Shown here in pieces: positions 57,384-64,000 of a DNA stretch of 64,000 nt. The notes under the pieces are model-generated. The model had not been told where the DNA came from, did not search any database, and was given only the letters and a program-made list of their open reading frames with translations. This DNA is from an uncultured virus (IMG/VR IMGVR_UViG_3300008120_009089) (lineage: Duplodnaviria > Heunggongvirae > Uroviricota > Caudoviricetes): the IMG/VR virus record IMGVR_UViG_3300008120_009089, one strand, 5' to 3'. The position numbers were made by a program, and so were the translations under genes. The stretch's first letter is position 1. Each line of letters starts with the position of its first letter.

Positions 57384-58299
57384 ATTTATTTAAAACTAAA
57401 GAAGTTAAATCTTTAGTTTTTTTTATTTCACTTTCCCATATGTATATCACAAAATAACCTATTTCTTCCGCTTTTATCCTTTTATCTCTATCTTTATCCC
57501 ATATATCAGATACTTTCTTATAACCACCTGGGAATTTAATACTTTCATCTATATTATAGATCTCTGGATTACAATGCCAATAATCACCATTTACTTCAAT
57601 TAAAATGTTAGTATTCACTAACCTAAAATCAAATAATTTACCCTTTAGTGGGAATTGAGTTGTATATGATATTGATAGATTGTTAAGAACTTCTGATATT
57701 TTGGTTTCTAAATTAGATTTGCCATTATAATTAAATATTTTATTTTTTTGTTCATCATTTAAATTGTTCCAATATTTTTTAATTGATTCTTTTTGTTTAC
57801 ACTTTCTTATTTCATTTTCATCATCAGTTAAATTGTTCCAAGCAAAATTATTATCTATTATCCATTTTTTAAATTCATTATTTTTGAATATGTTATCAAC
57901 ACCATAATTTTTCATAAATGTGTCTGATTTTTTATTTTTAATATCCAATACCTTTGACACATTATCAACTCCATACTTCTCCATACAAGTTTTTTTATAC
58001 TTAATAGATGATATTAATTTTGAACTTTCTGAAATACTCCTCTTAGGTATTGAATAATACTCCAAAAGAAATATAAAAGATTTAAAATCGATATTAAAAT
58101 CATTTTTAATATCAACTAGACTTTTTAAATTCTCAACATAATTTAATGTAATAACCTCTCTTTTTGAAATATGTGGAAAATTTTTTTGAATAAACATAAA
58201 TTTTATTTCTCTTTTATCATTTGTAGTTTTTAATTTACAATGATATATGTGTGGGTTATTAAAAACCACAACATCACAAAAGGGACACTTTCTAATCAT
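57346..58299 (-). CDS. putative homing endonuclease (KYGVDN repeats plus DUF559/PD-(D/E)xK nuclease)
   Basis: KTCMEKYGVDN; FDF....LIEVNGDYWH...D..K...G..V.YIWE. Confidence 0.8.
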   Translation of the reverse strand: MIRKCPFCDVVVFNNPHIYHCKLKTTNDKREIKFMFIQKNFPHISKREVITLNYVENLKSLVDIKNDFNIDFKSFIFLLEYYSIPKRSISESSKLISSIKYKKTCMEKYGVDNVSKVLDIKNKKSDTFMKNYGVDNIFKNNEFKKWIIDNNFAWNNLTDDENEIRKCKQKESIKKYWNNLNDEQKNKIFNYNGKSNLETKISEVLNNLSISYTTQFPLKGKLFDFRLVNTNILIEVNGDYWHCNPEIYNIDESIKFPGGYKKVSDIWDKDRDKRIKAEEIGYFVIYIWESEIKKTKDLTSLVLNKLSSFVDPGDQGR

Positions 58300-58385
58300 A
58301 CATTATATATTAAAGTGAAAAAGTTGTTTTTTACCATTTTTTCAGTTATATTTGTAACATAAACAATATTTTTGAATATCTTATC

Positions 58386-59030
58386 ATGAGTAAATACCCA
58401 AGAACATATCATTTACCTTTCTCACCCGGTACTACCAATGATGATAGAATATCTGAGAGTGTTAAATCTATTTTGGGTATTGATATTATCATAACCGAAA
58501 AGTTAGATGGATCTAACTCATCGATGATAAATGAGGGTGTCTTTGCTAGATCACATATAGATTTTTCTAAAAATCCATGGGATAATGAAGTTAGACAACT
58601 ACACGAAATAAAAGTAAAAGGTAATTTAGAAGATGATGTTTTTTTATTCGGTGAGAATATGGAAGGCATTCATTCAATAGAATATACAAATTTAAAATCA
58701 TACTTTTATTTATTTGGTGTTAGAGATAATAACATCTGGACACCTTGGAGTGTGGTTGAAGAATATTCTTACTTATTGGATTTACCACTTGTACCAGTTT
58801 TATTTAAAGGTATTGTAAATACCGAAAAAGAATTAAAAGACTTAGTTATGGGTTTTGTAACAGAACAATCTGAATTAGGTGGATCAAGAGAAGGTATTGT
58901 CGTAAGAAATGCTGGTGTGTTTCATAATGATAATTTCTCGGATAATGTAATGAAATGGGTTAGAAAAGGTCATGTTCAGACAGATGAACATTGGACCAAG
59001 AATTGGAAAAAATCAAATATAAATTATTAA
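58386..59030 (+). CDS. ATP-dependent RNA ligase family protein (Rnl2-like nucleotidyltransferase domain)
   Basis: KYPRT.HLP.SPG, TEKLDGSN, FGEN, FYLF, REGIVVR, KWVR. Confidence 0.85.
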   Translation: MSKYPRTYHLPFSPGTTNDDRISESVKSILGIDIIITEKLDGSNSSMINEGVFARSHIDFSKNPWDNEVRQLHEIKVKGNLEDDVFLFGENMEGIHSIEYTNLKSYFYLFGVRDNNIWTPWSVVEEYSYLLDLPLVPVLFKGIVNTEKELKDLVMGFVTEQSELGGSREGIVVRNAGVFHNDNFSDNVMKWVRKGHVQTDEHWTKNWKKSNINY

Positions 59031-59031
59031 T

Positions 59032-59214
59032 ATGACAATAGAAGAAAAAATTAAACTTAACAAAGAAATTAGATCTTATAAAGGTGATAATCAATTTATC
59101 ATTTCTTTACAGAAAGCTCTGAAAGGTAATTATGTTCAAAAAGTAGAACATAATGGTAAGAATGTTAAAATTCTTTCTGATAAACAATACGAAGCAGCTA
59201 AGATAAATTTCTAA
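59032..59214 (+). CDS. small hypothetical protein
   Basis: Y.G.N.FI.SL...LSDKQ motif. Confidence 0.55.
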   Translation: MTIEEKIKLNKEIRSYKGDNQFIISLQKALKGNYVQKVEHNGKNVKILSDKQYEAAKINF

Positions 59215-59244
59215 ACATTATATTCTACTCAGTATATAATCAAT

Positions 59245-59442
59245 ATGGAAAATTATATTGAAGATATGAAATTATTAGGAACCGTACACTCTCACGGTTC
59301 AATAGATGAATATTACCATGTAAGAATTAAAGATGGTAAACAAACAACATTTGAATTTAGAGTTGTTAAACATACAAAACAGAGAGTGAGTAGTTATAAA
59401 ATAGATCAATCAGATCTACCAAAATCAATAGAACTTCAATGA
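59245..59442 (+). CDS. small hypothetical protein
   Basis: ORF 65 aa. Confidence 0.5.
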   Translation: MENYIEDMKLLGTVHSHGSIDEYYHVRIKDGKQTTFEFRVVKHTKQRVSSYKIDQSDLPKSIELQ

Positions 59443-59855
59443 GAGTAGGATTTACATGTTCTTGCTTTGACCTTTTTCATGCTGGTCATATTATGATGTT
59501 GAAAGAAGCTAAATCAATTTGCGATTATTTAATTGTTGGATTACAAACAGATCCTACAATAGATAGACCAGAAAAGAATAAACCAATACAAAGTGTTGTT
59601 GAAAGATTTATTCAATTAGAGGCTTGTAAATATGTAGATGAAGTTGTTGTTTACGCAACTGAAAAAGACTTACTAGATATTCTTTATTCTTATCCGATTA
59701 ATGTTAGAATAGTTGGAGAAGAATATAAAGATAAAGACTTCACAGGTAAAGATCTATCACACATAGAAATGTATTACAACTCTAGAAAACATTCATTCTC
59801 AACAACCGAACTAAGAGGTAGAGTTATCGAAAGATATAAAAGTGATAAAAAATAA
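59439..59855 (+). CDS. cytidylyltransferase (TagD/glycerol-3-phosphate cytidylyltransferase-like)
   Basis: FDLFHAGH, LIVGLQTDP, ER..QL..CKYVDEV, SFSTT. Confidence 0.88.
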   Translation: MRVGFTCSCFDLFHAGHIMMLKEAKSICDYLIVGLQTDPTIDRPEKNKPIQSVVERFIQLEACKYVDEVVVYATEKDLLDILYSYPINVRIVGEEYKDKDFTGKDLSHIEMYYNSRKHSFSTTELRGRVIERYKSDKK

Positions 59856-59889
59856 TATTATTTTATTAATTTTTCCGTATTTTTGTAAA

Positions 59890-59991
59890 ATGAAATTTGA
59901 ACGTGTTAAAAAAATCATACAAAAAATAGATTGGATTTGGGTATTCTTTCCCATTTACTATTATTGGAAAGATATAGATGATTTAACTTAA
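59890..59991 (+). CDS. 33-aa aromatic/hydrophobic peptide
   Basis: Not in the ORF track. MKFERVKKIIQKIDWIWVFFPIYYYWKDIDDLT directly after TATTTTTG (59878). Confidence 0.4.
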   Translation: MKFERVKKIIQKIDWIWVFFPIYYYWKDIDDLT

Positions 59992-60008
59992 CTTAAAATT
60001 TTAATAAG

Positions 60009-61232
60009 ATGTACAATATACCAACATATAACGAAGCTGTCAAACTAACTCAAGGTAAAAGATATGTACCTGAGATAGATCAATATTTAGACGCTGCTTT
60101 CTACGAGGCTAAACTTGTAGTTGATGGGTATAATGTATCTATATTCAACTATCGTTTAGCAACTTACAATGACTTTAAATACAACGATGCTTTTGAATTA
60201 AGAGGTTTAGTTTACGTCTTTAATGAAGATGGTTCTGTGTATAAATCATATAGATTGTTACATAAATTTTTCAACTTAAACCAAGTTGAAGAAACTCAAT
60301 ACTCTTTAGTAAAAGATCGAGTTGTTAAATCTGTTTTCAATAAAGAAGATGGTTCTATTGGTTCTTTCATAAAATTACCAAACGGAAATGTTGTTGCTAA
60401 ATCTAAAATGTCTTTTGAATCAGACCAAGCTTATGGTATGAACAAAATATACAACTCTAACGCAGATATAAAAAGATTTGTTGATTGGTCATTAGATAAC
60501 GATTTAGTTGCTGTATTTGAGTATGTGGCTCCACACAACCGTATAGTTTTAAAATATGATAAAGAAGAATTAATCTTATTAAGATTAAGAAGAAACTCTA
60601 CTGGTGAATACTTAAACCTCCACGATTATTCAGATGTTATAGGTAATTTAAAAACTGCTGAGTCTTTTGATCTATCATTAGATGAATTGGTTGAATTGGC
60701 TAAAACTGTTGAAGGTGTTGAAGGTTGGGTAGTTGACTTAGATGGTTTATTTGTTAAAATAAAAACTGTTTGGTATTGTGAAAGACATGGTCTTTTAACA
60801 GAAGACTTGTATCGTGAAAACATACTAGTTAAATACATATTAGATGATAAAATAGATGATGTCTTAGGTCAAATCCCAGAAGATGAAAAAGAAGCACACG
60901 CTCGTATAGAAAAAATAATAGCGGCTGTCTCTAAGGCAGTTAAAATGAAAGTTGATTCTATATTAGAAGATTGGAAAGTGTTTCAAACTATGGCTGATGG
61001 TAAAGATTGGACTGGTGATTTAAAAGATCAACTAATGAGAAAGTCTTATGCTATGAAGTATAAGAAAACTAAAAATTTTGGAGCTGTGATGTCTATGGCG
61101 AAAGGTAACGATGTCTATGATATAGTTACTGAACAAATAGCTAAGGAAACTTTTAGATTACAAAATGCGAGAGCGTTTTTATTTCAAATAGATCCAACTC
61201 TAAACTTTAAAGATGGTGAAATAGAAGATTAA
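60009..61232 (+). CDS. RNA ligase 1 (T4 RnlA-like)
   Basis: FNY, ELRGL, HKFFNLNQ, KEDGS, FEYVAP.NRIV..Y, EGWV, KIKT.WY. Confidence 0.88.
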   Translation: MYNIPTYNEAVKLTQGKRYVPEIDQYLDAAFYEAKLVVDGYNVSIFNYRLATYNDFKYNDAFELRGLVYVFNEDGSVYKSYRLLHKFFNLNQVEETQYSLVKDRVVKSVFNKEDGSIGSFIKLPNGNVVAKSKMSFESDQAYGMNKIYNSNADIKRFVDWSLDNDLVAVFEYVAPHNRIVLKYDKEELILLRLRRNSTGEYLNLHDYSDVIGNLKTAESFDLSLDELVELAKTVEGVEGWVVDLDGLFVKIKTVWYCERHGLLTEDLYRENILVKYILDDKIDDVLGQIPEDEKEAHARIEKIIAAVSKAVKMKVDSILEDWKVFQTMADGKDWTGDLKDQLMRKSYAMKYKKTKNFGAVMSMAKGNDVYDIVTEQIAKETFRLQNARAFLFQIDPTLNFKDGEIED

Positions 61233-61252
61233 GGGAGGTGAAATATCCTCTC

Positions 61253-61537
61253 TTAAAAACTTCTAAAATCTTTTACACCACCTATATTCTGTAAAATTGG
61301 TGAGCTATTTTTAATTGATGGTTTGGAACTAACTGTAATCACATCATCTAAACCTAAACTAGACTTCATCAAGTCTGGATACTTTGTAAAGTAATCCGTT
61401 AAGAATTTAATATTCTCTTCCTCTGATTTATCATTATCCCAAAGATGTCCAAGATTTTGTTTATTTGTTTCAATATAATCAACAACTTCTTTATTAATAA
61501 CTGGATTCCAATTAGACCACTCAACTATATACTTCAT
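61253..61537 (-). CDS. hypothetical late protein (MKYIVEW N-terminus)
   Basis: ORF plus TATATA box. Confidence 0.55.
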   Translation of the reverse strand: MKYIVEWSNWNPVINKEVVDYIETNKQNLGHLWDNDKSEEENIKFLTDYFTKYPDLMKSSLGLDDVITVSSKPSIKNSSPILQNIGGVKDFRSF

Positions 61538-61580
61538 ATTTTATATATTAAACTTTCAATATTGAAATTCTATAAATGAT

Positions 61581-62447
61581 ATGAACACATTATATGGGAT
61601 GGTTACACTTAAAGTAACCAATGAATATGCGGATAAAGCGGTTGATTCATTTTTGAGAAATACTTATTTAGAACCAGGTGACAGATTTATAATGATTGAT
61701 AATGATGGTGATTTTAAATCAAATTGGAATAATGGTAGAATAAAAGAAGAAGATATTATAGTAAATAGTAAAATTGAAAATTTTTCTCATAACATGAATA
61801 TTCTTATGAGAATTGCGGTTGAAGAAGAAAAAAACCTTATCTTCATGAGTAATGATGTTATCTTTACTCCAAATTGGTCAAAGTTATTGGGGAATAGTGA
61901 TTATATACTAACTGTTCCATCTTGTAATCAAACACATACCGATTTGGGAATACCTGGATTTTTATCACTAAATGACTTTAATGAAAGATATGATATACTA
62001 AATCAGATATCAGAACACGTTAATAAACAACCATCTTACTTTCAAAGAATGCTAATGGCTTTTTATGTTTGTAGAATACCACTAAAGATAATAAAAGAAG
62101 TTGGTGAGTATGATGAAATGTTTACCGTTGGTGGTGAAGATGTTGATTATAGACTAAGATGTTTAATGAAAGGTTTTGGTGTCACTTATACACCATCATT
62201 CCTATTACATTTTAATGGAAAATCTTCTTGGAATGGAGTTGAAAATACACAACAAATAAAAGAAAGAGAATATAAGTACACAATGCAATTTATATCTAAA
62301 TGGGGATTAGATTTAAAAGATCTTTGTTTAGTTAATACTGATGTTATGAGAGTTGTAAATAAATATAACCTATACAACTTTATGAACGAAGGTAACTATA
62401 ATGGTTTACTATTATATGTCATAAATAAAACAAGTATGTCAAAATGA
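61581..62447 (+). CDS. glycosyltransferase family 2
   Basis: MIDND, NFS.N.N, MSNDV, VG.YDE.F..GGEDVDY.LR....G. Confidence 0.8.
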   Translation: MNTLYGMVTLKVTNEYADKAVDSFLRNTYLEPGDRFIMIDNDGDFKSNWNNGRIKEEDIIVNSKIENFSHNMNILMRIAVEEEKNLIFMSNDVIFTPNWSKLLGNSDYILTVPSCNQTHTDLGIPGFLSLNDFNERYDILNQISEHVNKQPSYFQRMLMAFYVCRIPLKIIKEVGEYDEMFTVGGEDVDYRLRCLMKGFGVTYTPSFLLHFNGKSSWNGVENTQQIKEREYKYTMQFISKWGLDLKDLCLVNTDVMRVVNKYNLYNFMNEGNYNGLLLYVINKTSMSK

Positions 62448-62476
62448 CATATAAATTAAAGTGGCACACAATTTGA
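62436..62476 (+). promoter_or_regulatory. palindromic operator (TATGTCA-AAA-TGACATA) plus sigma54-like promoter TGGCACACAATTTGA
   Basis: Upstream of dnaK; twin element at 2518-2558. Confidence 0.7.
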
Positions 62477-62506
62477 CAATGTATAAATAAAAAACAAAAA
62501 TAAAAT

Positions 62507-64000
62507 ATGGCAAAAGACGTAATTATTGGAATTGACTTAGGAACAACTAACTCGTGTGTAGCAGTAGTTGAAGGTGGTGAACCAATCGTAATCAGTAATG
62601 CTGAAGGTAAAAGAACAACTCCTTCTATTATTTCATTTACAGAAAATGATAGAAAGATTGGTGATCCAGCAAAAAGACAAGCGGTTACTAACCCTAAAAA
62701 AACTATCTACTCAATTAAAAGATTTATTGGTAAAGATTTTAATGTTTGTAAAGATGAGGTAACTAGAGTACCTTATGAAGTAGTTTCAAACGGAGCTAAT
62801 GTACCTACTGTTAAAATCGATGATAGAAATTATACTCCACAGGAGTTATCAGCAATGATTCTTCAAAAGATGAAGAAAACAGCTGAAGATTATTTAGGAT
62901 ATGAAGTGAAAAGAGCGGTTATTACCGTACCAGCTTACTTCGGTGATGCTGAGAGAACTGCAACTATTGAGGCTGGTGAAATCGCTGGTTTAAAAGTTGA
63001 AAGAATTATCAACGAACCTACAGCAGCGGCTTTAGCGTATGGTTTAGATAAGAAAAACACAGACTCTAAAATTTTAGTATTTGACTGTGGTGGTGGTACT
63101 CATGACGTTTCTGTGTTAGAGATTGGTGATGGTGTATTTGAAGTAAAATCTACTGACGGTGATACTCACTTAGGTGGTGACGACTTTGATAATGCAATTA
63201 TTACTTGGATGGTTGAAGAATTCAAATCTGAAAACTCTATGGATTTATCAAAAGATCCTATGGCTTTACAAAGATTGAAAGATGCGGCTGAAAAAGCTAA
63301 AATTGAATTATCTTCTACATCTGAAAGTGAAATTAACTTACCTTACATCACAGCTAGAGACGGAATGCCTCTTCACTTTGTTAAGAAATTAACTAAGGCT
63401 AAATTTGAACAATTAACTTCATCTTTAGTTGATAGAGCTATCAGTTGTGCTAAATCAGCTTTGAAAAACGCAGGTTTAAAACCAGCTGATATTGACGAAG
63501 TTATCTTAGTAGGTGGTTCTACAAGAATTCCAGCAATTCAAGATGCTATTGAAAGTTATATTGGTAAGAAACCAAACAAATCCGTGAACCCTGATGAAGT
63601 TGTTGCTTTAGGTGCGGCTATTCAAGGAGCTGTTTTAACCGGTGGTATTACTGACGTTTTACTTTTAGATGTTACTCCACTTTCTTTAGGTATTGAAACA
63701 ATGGGTGGTGTGTTTACTAAATTAATTGAAGCAAACACTACTATTCCAACTAAGAAAAGTGAAACATTCTCAACAGCATCCGATAATCAACCTTCAGTAG
63801 AATTACACGTTTTACAAGGTGAAAGAGCGATGGCTAAAGACAACCGAACTTTAGGTCGTTTCCACTTAGATGGTATCATGCCAGCTCCAAGAGGAATTCC
63901 TCAAATCGAGGTGACTTTTGATATAGATGCTAATGGTATCTTATCTGTACACGCTAAAGATAAGGCAACTGGTAAAGAAAATAAAATCCGTATCGAAGGT
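62507..64000 (+). CDS. dnaK: chaperone DnaK/Hsp70 (runs off the window end)
   Basis: Not in the ORF track. [20 protein letters not shown]..., [37 protein letters not shown]. Confidence 0.97.
   Translation, partial: MAKDVIIGIDLGTTNSCVAVVEGGEPIVISNAEGKRTTPSIISFTENDRKIGDPAKRQAVTNPKKTIYSIKRFIGKDFNVCKDEVTRVPYEVVSNGANVPTVKIDDRNYTPQELSAMILQKMKKTAEDYLGYEVKRAVITVPAYFGDAERTATIEAGEIAGLKVERIINEPTAAALAYGLDKKNTDSKILVFDCGGGTHDVSVLEIGDGVFEVKSTDGDTHLGGDDFDNAIITWMVEEFKSENSMDLSKDPMALQRLKDAAEKAKIELSSTSESEINLPYITARDGMPLHFVKKLTKAKFEQLTSSLVDRAISCAKSALKNAGLKPADIDEVILVGGSTRIPAIQDAIESYIGKKPNKSVNPDEVVALGAAIQGAVLTGGITDVLLLDVTPLSLGIETMGGVFTKLIEANTTIPTKKSETFSTASDNQPSVELHVLQGERAMAKDNRTLGRFHLDGIMPAPRGIPQIEVTFDIDANGILSVHAKDKATGKENKIRIEG

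Noticed and set aside
57317..58450. Group I intron interrupting the RNA ligase
   Set aside because: The downstream gene has its own promoter, start and complete N-terminus, and there is no room for a ribozyme core around the antisense ORF.
1..64000. Stop-codon reassignment (TAG or TGA recoding), as seen in some large phages
   Set aside because: Conserved genes are full length in the standard code, and TAG and TGA occur as genuine stops (e.g. 347, 17429, 46911; several ATGA overlaps).
1..64000. tRNA genes, rRNA genes, CRISPR arrays
   Set aside because: No cloverleaf/TTCGA-arm pattern or repeat-spacer array was seen in the short intergenic gaps. The 23S match at 46896 is only about 20 nt and is not an rRNA gene.
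1..64000. Bacterial chromosome origin, suggested by dnaK/dnaJ/grpE/clpC and the GT cluster
   Set aside because: These genes are interspersed with T4-type UvsX, gp32, neck and tail genes, RNA ligases and many homing endonucleases.

Overview
Very AT-rich, gene-dense segment of a large T4-like (jumbo) phage, read in the standard genetic code. The host is probably a Bacteroidetes species, because TAnnTTTG (-7) promoters precede early genes. It carries T4-type core genes (UvsX, gp32 SSB, NrdB, gp13- and gp14-like neck proteins, gp3-like tail protein) and a chaperone set (DnaK, DnaJ, GrpE, a ClpC lacking its N-domain). It also carries RNA-repair enzymes, an ~8.5 kb glycosylation cluster, an intein-containing Fe-S flavoprotein and about ten homing-endonuclease-type genes. 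The most striking unexplained signals are: (1) about 13 small ORFs share a C-terminal R-x-x-K-[IL]-x-x-[IL] helix, and three of them look like short fragments of the prohead protease or major capsid protein fused to an RxxKIxKI[YF] tail, a candidate decoy/adaptor system; (2) a structured RNA behind an HNH gene is antisense to the 23S rRNA H69-H71 (I-CeuI site) region; (3) about 19 ORFs share an N-terminal MK-x-[LI]-K-x-[FY]-(N)E tag resembling the T4 capsid-targeting sequence; (4) an endonuclease insertion is flanked by two versions of an RNA ligase 5' end; (5) a 2OG-Fe(II) oxygenase-like protein carries five SWGGA repeats; (6) four promoter classes can be read directly from the DNA. All family assignments come from motif recognition by eye; no database searches were run.
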